64,000 bases of DNA from Pelagomonas calceolata (GCA_918797485.1 CAKKNE010000005.1:2294001-2358000), one strand, 5' to 3'. Shown: positions 50,172-60,150, counted from the first letter of the stretch. The notes: generated from the letters alone by a model not told the origin. Program-made: numbers and translations.

Positions 50172-53100
50172 TCAGGACACCGCCGGGTCCGGCGGAGGCG
50201 CGCCGAACGGGTCGGCGGCGAAGGGGTCGGCCGCGGGCGCGTCGGCGGCGCCGGCCGTCGCCGTGGGCTCCGGCGGCGCGCCAAACGGGTCCGCGCCGAA
50301 CGCGTCAGCGGCGAAGTCCGCGGCGGGCGACGTGGCGCCGTCGTCGGCGACGGCGGGCGCCGCGGGGGCAGCGAAGGGGTTCGCCGGCGCGCCGAAGGGG
50401 TCCGATGACGATGCCATGGCCGCGATCTCGGCCGCGTCGTCGGCGTCCAAGGGCGGCGCAACAGAGGACGCCGACGACGACGGCGGCGGCGGCGCCTCGG
50501 CGCCGTCCGACGAGTCGGAATCATTTCCTGGAGAGTCCGGTCCCAAAAAAGCATCAACATCACCAGCAGACATCTTCTCCTTGGGCCACTGGGCTTTCCC
50601 CTCGTCCTCGGGCCATTGATCATCATCACCTCCCAGGAAGCGGTCGATGTCGCCGGGCGACATGGGCGCCTCCTCGTCTGGAGGGGGAGGAGGAAAAGGA
50701 GCGTTCGGCGCGCCATCGTCGTACAGAGGCTTCGTTGCGCTATCTTCGATGTGTACTTTGTCCTCCTTCGAGGCGATCTTCGCCCAGTCGGCCTCGCCGA
50801 AGTCCTCGGCGGCGTCGCCCTCCTCCGCATCATAACGCGTCGCGTACTGGTTGCTCTCGGAGTTGATGGCGTCGAACCTTGCTTTTCTAGCCTTCTCCTT
50901 GGCGCCTTCTCTGCTGCGTGTCAGGAAGACGCCGGCGGCGCCCACCACCACAATGCCCCCAATACAGGTGAGGGCGATCATCGTTGGTGAACCTGCAGAT
51001 TGGACCTCGTCCTCAAAACCGTTCTGGCCTCCATTATTATTCGAGGAGGCCTGGGCTAACAGGGGATCTAAGGAGCCCTTGACCGTGGGTGCTTGTGTGA
51101 CCGGGATCGTGGGCGCCGGGACTGGCGAGGCGGTCGACGGCTGCGGTGTCGGTGCCGGCGTCGCCAATGCTTCGACGCACGTCTGCGTAGGACAAGTTTC
51201 ACCCAACTCCGCGAGCTGGGCCTCGTAGTGGCACTCGATCGCAGAATAATAGTCGCTCTGGCAGGCATCCGACGCGTCACTTCCGGCACAGTCGCCGTAG
51301 AGCGCGTGTTCGTAGTAGTCGCAGAGCGTGCACTCTTGAGGTAGAGTCATGTCGGCGCGCGTGATCACAACAGGACTCACATCAAAGTCCATGCACGGGC
51401 ACGAGTCCTGGCACCAGCAGCTGCCGTCGGCGTACCAGTCGATGGCCACCAATCGATCACCATGTGAACTCTCGCACGCCGCCCAGCATTCGGCGGGCGA
51501 CGCCGTGCAGCCCACCTTCTCGTCGAGCGTCGACATGCACCAGCCCACTCCAGAACCGTGGTTCGTCGTGCCGGCGATGTCTGAACTTAAATCGGAGCCC
51601 CCGTTGTCGCAGTACTCGTCCGGGTCGTCGTCTTCATCATCCCCGGTGCACGCCGCGAGCGTGGCGTCGCACGAGCACGCCGGTTCCAAACATTGCTCGT
51701 ACGCGTCGAGCGTCGGTTTTAGGGTCCAGGTGGGCTTCGCCGACGGCGCCGGCGTAGGAGCAATCACTGGCGCCGCGCTCGGCGCGCCCTCGGCGATCGT
51801 GACGGCCTGCAGCGCCTCGAGCGAGTTCGCCTCGCCCGAGCACGCGGGCCCGTCGTCGTAGCCCGCGTCCGTGGCCGCGGTCGCCAGGGACGTCGTCAAG
51901 GAGCCGTCCGCGGCGGCCGTCGCGAGCTCTGACGCGGCGGTGTCCCCGGACTGGCCAACCCCCCAGAGGCGCACGGTGAAGGACACCGTCTTCGGCTGGG
52001 AGACCTCGGTCTGGAGGCCGCGGCGGCCCTTGTGTCGATGGCGCAGCGACGCGAAGGGCGCGCGCTTGGTCTTCGAGGGGGACACGTCGAGCCGCCGTTT
52101 CGTTGTCGGCGACGGCCTCGCGAGCACGTCCAGCGCCGCGTCTTGCGCGCGGCGCCGTATGGCAGCGGGCGAGGTCGTTGCCGGACGCGTCGTCGACGGC
52201 GAGAAGAGGCGCCGCGCCCAGTCGAGCACGCCCAGCTTCCGTCGGAACTCCCGCGTCAGGGCGCAGTCGAGGTCGCACTCTAAACCCATGGCAGTCGTCC
52301 ACGAATTGAAGATGCACTCCGCCTGGGCGTCGAATTTGTCGCCGCAGGCCTCTTGCACAATCTTCGGCTGCGCATCACAAGCCTCGGCGAAGCCCGCGTC
52401 CGCCTGGACGTCGATGCACGACGTCACGTCATCCGACAGGCTCACATCATCATCAGTCCCGGACGCGTTCCAGCGGTCGTCGTCGCCCATGAGCGTCGGG
52501 TCCTGGAGCGCCTCCAGCATCGCGGCGTCGTCGTCGGGGTACAGGTCCAGGTAACATGAGAACGCGGTCAGCGTCTCGTTGAAGCACTCGAGGCCCGCCA
52601 GGTCCGGCGACGCGTACGAGTACGAGTAAGGGACATTGTACGTGAACGAGAACGAGTAGGCGTCGCTCGCGGCCGTGACAACCTCACTCGTGAGGCTCGC
52701 CGTCGTGCACGCCGCGAAAGTCGACGAGGCGCCGGCCGCGGCCGCGGCCTCCGCGATCGCGGTATCCACCAACGTCGGGTCGGCGGCCGCGTCGGCGAGG
52801 GCCATGGCGACGTCCTGCGCCGTCTCCAGCGAAACGTAGATCTCGTAGTCCACAGTAACACCGGCGCCGTCGTCGAGCCGGCGCCGGCGCGCCGCCGATA
52901 TGCTCGTGACACTGCAAGCGTCCGCGTCGACGCCGGCGACGCGCGCGAGGCCGTCCTCGATCACGGCCTTGTTCGCCTCCGCGTCGGGTTGCGAAAGGCC
53001 CGCGAACGCGACGCTGCCGGAGATGACCGAAGCCTGTTCGGCCGCCTCGACGGCCATGGCGGTCGGCGCGGCCGTCGTCGTCACCGTCGTTGTGGCGGTG

Positions 53101-56100
53101 ACGTCGCAGGCTAAGACGTCGTCCGCCTCGCGGACGCCACTCAACGTGTCCACGAGCGCCGCACTCACAATATCTGTCAAAGCGTCGTCGTCCATGTCGC
53201 TCGGGACATCATCAATAACTAATTGCGACGACACCAAGATGGAGGGCGTCGCCGTCGGTGCCGGAACCGCAACAGTCGGCGCCGGCACGGGTGCGGGCGT
53301 CGCGGGCGTCGCGACGGGTGCCGGCGTCGCCGGCGTCGCAACGGGCGCCGGCGTCGGGTCCTTCGGGGCAATAACAGGCGATGGCGTCGGGTCCTTGTTG
53401 ACGGCGAAGGGGCAGTTCATGCCGTCATTTGATTTTACGTCGTCGCCGGGGCCCTTGTACTTTGTGACGAGTGGTACCGATGTCGCTGCATCACAGAACG
53501 TGTGAGTAGAGGTGTCGAGGCCCTCGTTCCAGCATGCTGACGGCACCGTGATCGGTAACGTAGTCGTGAAGACGCCCTTGTCTTCATTGGAGGAGAACAG
53601 TAATTCCGCATTGTAGGCACCGCTCGACTCGACCGTCAAATAGGTCCACGCTGCCCCAATTTCTTGGGAGGACGGGTTCGCGTCGCCGTCGAGTGTTGAT
53701 GGTAATACAGCGTATTTGGACGGGTAGCCCTCACTATCGATATATACCACAAGTACCTCCAAGTGTTCTCCCAATCCTATGAGATAGTCTCCAGTAACAC
53801 CGTCATCGATGAAGTTCGAGGTCACCGTCAGACCCGTCCTTCCGACGCCACTGTCGTCGAGCTCTTCGCGTAGAGGAGCAAAGTCCAAGACACCGTCTTC
53901 GTACAGGTCCGTCTTGATGACGAACTTGACGTCATTGTGAAATTCCGGAGACGTAGAGTCAACATGATCGACCCAGTAGATGCCCTTCTCGTCCTTGTTC
54001 CCGGGGTCCTTGGCGTAGTAGTATCTATCTACTAAAACAGCGCCGGCGTTCGGCTTCGTGACCTCCAGTTCGCCGTAACACTCGATCCTTTCCACATTGC
54101 CCCCGAATCTACATAGCTGCGAAACGCCATCTTCGGTGATGCCCGCCACGTTATAATAGGCATTCTTGGTCGAATCGTAGACCATACCGACAGCGTTGAT
54201 GTGCCCGTCGAACCAGTCCAACGAATAAAGTACTTCGTACTTACCTGTGGCATAATCGAGCATCCTCACGGAGTACTCGTCGTCGTCGTCGTACTTCATA
54301 ACTTGTAAAGGATTTCCTGCTGCCGCGCAATCTACCGAACCAACCGGCTCTATGGATGGCGGTTGTGTCGGAGAGTACAAGTCCGGCGTCGGTTGGGCCG
54401 AGGTCGGTTGCAAGGTAGGAGGGAACAATTGCAGCGAGTCGGGGCAGTTTAAACCATCATTGGAAGAAGCATCAGCGGTGTTCAGCAACCACTGGACATT
54501 CACGGTATTGCTGCAGGCGACATGAGAAGATGTATCAGTACCAGTATTCCAGCACTCGTCCGGAATAGTCATGGGGAAGCCCACCTCGAACAGGCCGTGG
54601 CCTTTATTGTCCGAGAATAATACATGGATGCCCTTCTCACTCATAAACGTGTAGGCGGCGCCGAAGCTACCTTCGTCCTGCACCTCCCCAAAACTCCAAT
54701 CTATGACAGACGGTAGGACGGCGTAGGCCGACGGGTAGCCCGTCTCGTCGCACCGCACCACCAGCACTTCAAATCCTTCAGCCATGCCGACTAGGTACCT
54801 GCCATTCGTCACGCCGTCATCAATCAACTCTTCGCCGACGAAGAACTCGTCCACAGTAGCCACATCCAGCACCGTGCCCTCGTAGACACTCGCGGAAATC
54901 TTGAACAAAACGTCATCGTGGAAGATCGGCGTGCCCGTCACGTTCTGGACCCAGTGGAAGCCTCGCTCCGTCCCGCCTCCCGGGTCTTTTGAGTAATAAT
55001 AATCCGTATGCACCAGAGTACCAGCGTTCGGCTTCGGTTCTGCCAAAGGCGTGTCCAGGCAACACTTCTTGTGAGCGTCGAAGGCGCACAGATAGCCCCC
55101 AAATGATGCATAAGCGTATCTAGAACCATCCACACCCACGAACATACCAGCGGCATTAATATGGCCGTCGAACCAGTCGATGTCATACAACACGTCATAT
55201 TCTCCGGTAACGGTGTTGAGCTCACACACGGAATACATGTCTTCATCTTTGTCCCTTTGGAGGATCTGGATGGGTTCGGAGTACGCGGCGCAGTCGAAGG
55301 GCTCACATGTTAACATAGTGGGCTTTGCTGATGGCCCGTAGTTCGGCGCCGGCGACGGCATGTACAGAGTCGGTTGGGGCGACGGTTCCGGCGACGTGGG
55401 CATGACTTGCGGGGCGTACGTCGGTACTGAAGTCGGCGCCGGCTGCTCCGGCGTCGGCTTGGGGGTGGGGAAGGGTACAGGACTATAGGAAGGCGTGGCC
55501 GTCGTCGGTACCGCGGTCGTGGGCTCCTTCGTCGAAGGGCCGGTCGGCGCCTTTGTCGGCTTGTAGGACGGCGTCACCGACGGCGCCACGGTCTCGAAGA
55601 TGTCGCCCTTGGGGCAGTTCAGCCCATCATTACTGTCGGCCTCGTCCGAGGCGGAAATCCACGTCAGCTGCGCCGACGCGTCGCATTCAGTATGTTCAGA
55701 CGCATCCAAACCACTATTCCAGCAGTCGTCGTCGATGGTAAGCGGCAGTTCTAGTTGTAAAAGGCCCGTGCCCTCGTTCGACGCGAAATAAACCTTCGTC
55801 ATGCTCCCGTCGCTCGGCTCGTAGGCGAAGGCCGCGCCGTAGGTGCCCGGGTCGTCGGGCGCGTCCTGGAGCCGGCGCTCGTCCGTCGGCGCGCCCGCGA
55901 GCCGCCGCTCCGGGTTTTCGGTAGGCTGGTACGTCGGCGCGTCGCCGGCGTCCTCCTCGGAGTCCTCTTCCTCCTCGCCCTCCTCGGAGTCCTCCTCTTC
56001 GCCTTCCTCAGAGTCCTCCTCTTCCCCTTCCTCGGAGTCTTCTTCTTCCTCCTCGGCCTCGTCAGACGCCTCGGCCTCGTCAGACTCCTCAGTCTCGTCA

Positions 56101-57917
56101 GACTCTTCCGCTTCGTCAGACTCTTCCTCTTCAGACGCCTCGTCCTCGTCCCCCGCCTGCAGCGCGGCCCAGCCCGACCAGTCGGCCGTGCCCGGGACGA
56201 CCGCATACGAGTCGGGGAGGCCGTCCTTGATCTTCGCAATAAACACTTTCAGATCCTTCGACAAACCAATGAGGTACAACCCCTTGTTCTCGTCGTCGTC
56301 GATACGCGTCGTCCCATCAGCTTCCGAGACGTAGGCGTAATCTAAAATCTCGTCGTCGAACAATGATGAGCTAACAGCAAATTTATTTGTATCCGAACCG
56401 TGGAACGTCGGCGTGTCACTGTTGATGCCCTCGACGACATGTATTCTGGTATCCTTTTGGCCCAGATTCGACGAGTAGTAGTAGTTCACCCCACCGACGG
56501 CGCCGGCATTGGCCTTCACTTCGAGTTCTGTGTCAAAACAAACCTTGGACTCGGAATCGAACCGACAGAGCCGCTTGTCGAACTTGCCGATCGCATAATA
56601 CGTCGTCGGATCATCAACAGGAGAACCTAGTAACCCGACGGCGTTCACATGTTGCGACTCGCCCTCGTCGTCGAGGGCAAACTCCAATTCAAACATTTCC
56701 TCGTACTCGCCAGTTTCTAAGTCAAGAGTCATGGCCTTGTAGGGGTCGTCGCCGTCCTTCATGACCTGCACCGGCGAGAAGAAGCCGGCGCAGTCCCACG
56801 CGGCTACGCTCATGTCGGTCCAGCAGACCTCGTCGTCCGGGCACGTGACGGGCTCGGGTGTCGGCGCGTACGTTTCTGATATAGTCCAGACCACGGGGCA
56901 GTTCATGCCGTCATTACTTTCAGCTTTCGCCGCGTCCGCGACGCGCGTGAGCGTGGCTGTCGAGGAATCGCATTTGGCGTGGTCGGTCGGGTCGTCGCCG
57001 CTGTTCCAGCAGTCCTCGTCGACGGTAATCGGCAAACCGATCTGGAACAACCCTTCGCCGTCATTGCCGGCGAAATAGAGCGTCGCGGATTCACCATCAG
57101 CCGTGTCGTAGGCGAAGGCCGCGCCGAACGCGATCCGGTCAGACTCGTCGGCTCCGTTCCAATTGACACTCGAGTCGACGACCGCGTACTTGTCGGGCGC
57201 GCCACTATCATCGAGGTGCACGATGAGCACCTCGAAGCCCTCGCCCAGGCCGATGAGGTAGGACTGCTCGTCCTCGCCGTCGTCGATCAACGTCGCGCGC
57301 TCCTTGACCGCGACGAGGTCCAGGACCTGCCCCTTCCACACGTCGGTGTCGTCGTCTCCCGTGCCCTGGAAGGCCAAGTTGTCTTCATCATAATGAAAGT
57401 CCGGCGTGTTGCCGTTGATGCCCGAGACGCGGTAGATGAACGTTCCGTCGTCGTTGTCGCCCAGATTACGAGAATAATAATACGTGTTGTCGAGGATGAC
57501 GCCCGCGTTCGGGTTGCTATTTCCCTGGAGCGGACTCTCAAAACACTCCTTGTGGTCGGCCTCGCCCGCGTCGATGCGACACAGGTGGGGAGCCTCGTCG
57601 TCGCCGTCCATTTGGACGGCCGCGAACGAGAAGAACTCGTCGTCGCCGTCTTCACTGGTATGGTGGTAGATCGCCGCGGCGTTGATCTTCTTCACGTCCT
57701 CCAGCTCGAGGCTGAAGATGTTCTCGTAGGTGCCCGTGGCCACGTCCAGCTTCTCAACGACGTAGATGTCGTCGTCATTCTTATAAACTTGGATGGGCGC
57801 CGGCTCCTCGTCGCAGTCCCACACACCAAACTTCTCGTCGTCCCAGCAGAGCTCGGTGACGGGGCAGTCCTCCGCTCTTACTGACACGGCGAGCGCCAGT
57901 ATTGATAGGAGCCTCAT
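50172..57917 (-). CDS. Giant (~2580 aa) acidic type I membrane/cell-surface protein with four repeats of a ~300-aa beta-rich domain and mucin-like PT linkers
   Basis: Signal peptide at ATG 57917; four (P)(I/V/L)Q(V/I)...TGxYE...(I/V)NA...NAG...YYY...FH...Y(A)V(V/L)...CWNxG...SNDG(M/L)NCP units; TM IALTCIGGIVVVGAAGVFL. Confidence 0.85.
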   Translation of the reverse strand: MRLLSILALAVSVRAEDCPVTELCWDDEKFGVWDCDEEPAPIQVYKNDDDIYVVEKLDVATGTYENIFSLELEDVKKINAAAIYHHTSEDGDDEFFSFAAVQMDGDDEAPHLCRIDAGEADHKECFESPLQGNSNPNAGVILDNTYYYSRNLGDNDDGTFIYRVSGINGNTPDFHYDEDNLAFQGTGDDDTDVWKGQVLDLVAVKERATLIDDGEDEQSYLIGLGEGFEVLIVHLDDSGAPDKYAVVDSSVNWNGADESDRIAFGAAFAYDTADGESATLYFAGNDGEGLFQIGLPITVDEDCWNSGDDPTDHAKCDSSTATLTRVADAAKAESNDGMNCPVVWTISETYAPTPEPVTCPDDEVCWTDMSVAAWDCAGFFSPVQVMKDGDDPYKAMTLDLETGEYEEMFELEFALDDEGESQHVNAVGLLGSPVDDPTTYYAIGKFDKRLCRFDSESKVCFDTELEVKANAGAVGGVNYYYSSNLGQKDTRIHVVEGINSDTPTFHGSDTNKFAVSSSLFDDEILDYAYVSEADGTTRIDDDENKGLYLIGLSKDLKVFIAKIKDGLPDSYAVVPGTADWSGWAALQAGDEDEASEEEESDEAEESDETEESDEAEASDEAEEEEEDSEEGEEEDSEEGEEEDSEEGEEEEDSEEDAGDAPTYQPTENPERRLAGAPTDERRLQDAPDDPGTYGAAFAYEPSDGSMTKVYFASNEGTGLLQLELPLTIDDDCWNSGLDASEHTECDASAQLTWISASDEADSNDGLNCPKGDIFETVAPSVTPSYKPTKAPTGPSTKEPTTAVPTTATPSYSPVPFPTPKPTPEQPAPTSVPTYAPQVMPTSPEPSPQPTLYMPSPAPNYGPSAKPTMLTCEPFDCAAYSEPIQILQRDKDEDMYSVCELNTVTGEYDVLYDIDWFDGHINAAGMFVGVDGSRYAYASFGGYLCAFDAHKKCCLDTPLAEPKPNAGTLVHTDYYYSKDPGGGTERGFHWVQNVTGTPIFHDDVLFKISASVYEGTVLDVATVDEFFVGEELIDDGVTNGRYLVGMAEGFEVLVVRCDETGYPSAYAVLPSVIDWSFGEVQDEGSFGAAYTFMSEKGIHVLFSDNKGHGLFEVGFPMTIPDECWNTGTDTSSHVACSNTVNVQWLLNTADASSNDGLNCPDSLQLFPPTLQPTSAQPTPDLYSPTQPPSIEPVGSVDCAAAGNPLQVMKYDDDDEYSVRMLDYATGKYEVLYSLDWFDGHINAVGMVYDSTKNAYYNVAGITEDGVSQLCRFGGNVERIECYGELEVTKPNAGAVLVDRYYYAKDPGNKDEKGIYWVDHVDSTSPEFHNDVKFVIKTDLYEDGVLDFAPLREELDDSGVGRTGLTVTSNFIDDGVTGDYLIGLGEHLEVLVVYIDSEGYPSKYAVLPSTLDGDANPSSQEIGAAWTYLTVESSGAYNAELLFSSNEDKGVFTTTLPITVPSACWNEGLDTSTHTFCDAATSVPLVTKYKGPGDDVKSNDGMNCPFAVNKDPTPSPVIAPKDPTPAPVATPATPAPVATPATPAPVPAPTVAVPAPTATPSILVSSQLVIDDVPSDMDDDALTDIVSAALVDTLSGVREADDVLACDVTATTTVTTTAAPTAMAVEAAEQASVISGSVAFAGLSQPDAEANKAVIEDGLARVAGVDADACSVTSISAARRRRLDDGAGVTVDYEIYVSLETAQDVAMALADAAADPTLVDTAIAEAAAAAGASSTFAACTTASLTSEVVTAASDAYSFSFTYNVPYSYSYASPDLAGLECFNETLTAFSCYLDLYPDDDAAMLEALQDPTLMGDDDRWNASGTDDDVSLSDDVTSCIDVQADAGFAEACDAQPKIVQEACGDKFDAQAECIFNSWTTAMGLECDLDCALTREFRRKLGVLDWARRLFSPSTTRPATTSPAAIRRRAQDAALDVLARPSPTTKRRLDVSPSKTKRAPFASLRHRHKGRRGLQTEVSQPKTVSFTVRLWGVGQSGDTAASELATAAADGSLTTSLATAATDAGYDDGPACSGEANSLEALQAVTIAEGAPSAAPVIAPTPAPSAKPTWTLKPTLDAYEQCLEPACSCDATLAACTGDDEDDDPDEYCDNGGSDLSSDIAGTTNHGSGVGWCMSTLDEKVGCTASPAECWAACESSHGDRLVAIDWYADGSCWCQDSCPCMDFDVSPVVITRADMTLPQECTLCDYYEHALYGDCAGSDASDACQSDYYSAIECHYEAQLAELGETCPTQTCVEALATPAPTPQPSTASPVPAPTIPVTQAPTVKGSLDPLLAQASSNNNGGQNGFEDEVQSAGSPTMIALTCIGGIVVVGAAGVFLTRSREGAKEKARKARFDAINSESNQYATRYDAEEGDAAEDFGEADWAKIASKEDKVHIEDSATKPLYDDGAPNAPFPPPPPDEEAPMSPGDIDRFLGGDDDQWPEDEGKAQWPKEKMSAGDVDAFLGPDSPGNDSDSSDGAEAPPPPSSSASSVAPPLDADDAAEIAAMASSSDPFGAPANPFAAPAAPAVADDGATSPAADFAADAFGADPFGAPPEPTATAGAADAPAADPFAADPFGAPPPDPAVS

Positions 57918-58622
57918 GACCGAGAAATTTGGTTGTCTGGCTGCCCGGCTCGGCACGTCACCAGCGCTGCGCGTGCCGCGTCGCGTCGAAACGGCGAATC
58001 ACACCAGGGCTGCCCGTGCATGCGCCGCCACGCGCAATGCCAGCACCGTCGCGGCCGTTTTGCGCTGGTTTGCCAAGCCTAAAAAAGTGAGCGCCGGCTA
58101 GTGTGCAAAAATTGGCCGACGGGGTCCTGGACCGGCCCGGAGGGAGTCGTGGGGTTGTCCTGTGTGGTTTTTTTTTAGACCTCCCTCCGGCACCCAATTA
58201 CTAGTAGGGAGCGACCTCGCCAGGCTGGAGACAAAGCGGACTGCAAAAGCGTGCCAGTCTGCGTCCGAGATCGAAATACGAGCTGCCTACGACGTAGTTT
58301 GAGCTTCGAATGAATCGCTGTCGAAGCCGCTGCGCGAAACGATGACGCCTCGCCGAGTATGGCCCAATGCCCGCTGCACTGCACGTCTCGGCCGCTCAAG
58401 CGCTCCCGGCGCGATCACTGGTCGTGCCGAGAGCTGTAATGAGCAGCGGTGGCGTCTGCGCAGCGGTGTGGCGTTCGCTGGGCCGTGCGGCGGCAAGCGC
58501 GGCACCACCTCGACGTTCAAAACGTCTGAATAGCACGCCGCCGCCGCGCGCACGCCGCCGACGCGCCACGCCTTGACTCACCGCTCGATCCAACACAGGC
58601 CGCCCAGAGGGAGACCACAAAG

Positions 58623-58784
58623 ATGGTCTACGACCCGTCGCTGGCCGCGCTGGCCAAGACGTACAACTGCGACAAGATGATCTGCCGCAAGTGCTACGCG
58701 CGCCTGCCGCCGCGCGCCAAAAACTGCCGGAAGAAGAAGTGCGGGCACACGAACCAGCTGCGACCGAAGAAGAAGCTCAAGTAA
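58623..58784 (+). CDS. RPL40: 60S ribosomal protein eL40, standalone (53 aa; absent from the ORF track)
   Basis: [53 protein letters not shown]. Confidence 0.95.
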   Translation: MVYDPSLAALAKTYNCDKMICRKCYARLPPRAKNCRKKKCGHTNQLRPKKKLK

Positions 58785-58847
58785 ATGAGCAAAGGGGTTC
58801 TTTCGTCTAAACTTGTTCGCTCTATATATTTCTACAAATCACATCCT

Positions 58848-59948
58848 TTAATACTCGCGCGGCAGCAGCTCCTGCGACCGCCGCAGCGATCCCGTCCGGC
58901 CGTGCGAGTCGACGGGCGCCGACGTCCCGGGACCGATCGCCGCCGGCGGCTCAACGACCCAGTCGACGACTTGCGTCGCGGAGCTCTCCCAGGAGTCGTC
59001 GTGCGTCTCGTACTCGCCCCGCAGGAAGCGCGTGCCGTCCGACGCGCACGTCTGCGCGAGGAACGACCCGCTCGCGTGCGCGCCGTACAACGCGTCCACC
59101 ACGACGCGCGCGCCGAGCCGCGGCGGCCGCGGCCGCAGGCCGCCTTCCCAGACCACGGGGTTGTGCCGCGTCCGGAGCTGCCCCGGCGCCACCGCAAGAA
59201 AACGCATCTCGGGCCGCTGCTGCGCCATGATGCGCGTCCACGCGTTCAGCGCGCACTTCGAGAGGCCGTGGGCCGGCGTCGCCAAGGTCGTGTAGGGGCC
59301 GTAGTCGTCGTCTAGCAGGTCCGCGACCTCGTAGGCCGCGCGCCGAACGGCCTCTATATCATTGGCTTCGAAGGCGTCCCTATGTCTCGGCTCCAAGAAC
59401 CCCAGCGTCCGCGCGGCCTGGCGCGACGACACGTTGACGACCGTCGCGTCGTCGGCGAGGAGCGGCAGGAACGCTGTTGTCACATTCATAGCCCCTTCAA
59501 AATTCACCGCGAGGGACGCCCGTGCCGCCGCGGACTTGCGGTAGATGTCGGCCTCGGCGTCCAGGAAGATGCCCGCGTTGTTGACTATAGCATCGAGGTA
59601 CTCTCGCGACTTCTGCACGTGGCCGTCGTCGCGCGCGGCGAGCGTCTTGCTGACGTAGTCGACGGCTCGCTTGATCGACTCGCCGTCGCTCACATCTAAC
59701 TCGACGGCCTCGCTCCGGTCGCCGCCAAGGTCCCACAATTCCCCGCAGCACAACGCCGTGCCCGCTTCGAAGTCGCGGCAGCCGAGGTAGACCTTGTCGA
59801 CGTCGTCGCGTTCCAGTAATGCTTTCACTATTTCCAAGCCCAGGCCCCGGTTGGCGCCGGTGACGAGGACGCGTCGCGGTGTCCGCACGCCTTCGAGGTC
59901 CTCTGTTGTCAGAGTCGTGCCCTTGCGCAGCACTTGCGGGGAGTCCAT
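58848..59948 (-). CDS. Short-chain dehydrogenase/reductase (carbonyl reductase-like)
   Basis: LVTGANRGLG, LDV, VNNAG, VNVSS, HGLSK. Confidence 0.85.
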   Translation of the reverse strand: MDSPQVLRKGTTLTTEDLEGVRTPRRVLVTGANRGLGLEIVKALLERDDVDKVYLGCRDFEAGTALCCGELWDLGGDRSEAVELDVSDGESIKRAVDYVSKTLAARDDGHVQKSREYLDAIVNNAGIFLDAEADIYRKSAAARASLAVNFEGAMNVTTAFLPLLADDATVVNVSSRQAARTLGFLEPRHRDAFEANDIEAVRRAAYEVADLLDDDYGPYTTLATPAHGLSKCALNAWTRIMAQQRPEMRFLAVAPGQLRTRHNPVVWEGGLRPRPPRLGARVVVDALYGAHASGSFLAQTCASDGTRFLRGEYETHDDSWESSATQVVDWVVEPPAAIGPGTSAPVDSHGRTGSLRRSQELLPREY

Positions 59949-60128
59949 CGTGGTCCGGGCAGCCCCCCAACGCGTCGGTCCTAGCCTAGCCTAGCCTCAG
60001 CTTAACCGACGGGTTTTTGCACGCGGTCTTGCGGGACCCCTCCCCGCCCCAGGGGACTCGTCGCAGAGGTCGTGCAGCGATGTGCGGGAAAAAAAAAGGG
60101 AACCGCCGCTGTCGGTGCTTGGTGATTG

Positions 60129-60150
60129 CTAGTGTCTTACATTACGCTAG
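60129..60150 (+). promoter_or_regulatory. CTAG-N14-CTAG upstream element
   Basis: CTAGTGTCTTACATTACGCTAG between divergent genes. Confidence 0.65.

Noticed and set aside
4060..60150. CTAG element as a CRISPR repeat or MITE
   Set aside because: Copies are dispersed kilobases apart with no spacer array, no cas genes, no shared flanks beyond ~30 bp and no target-site duplications.
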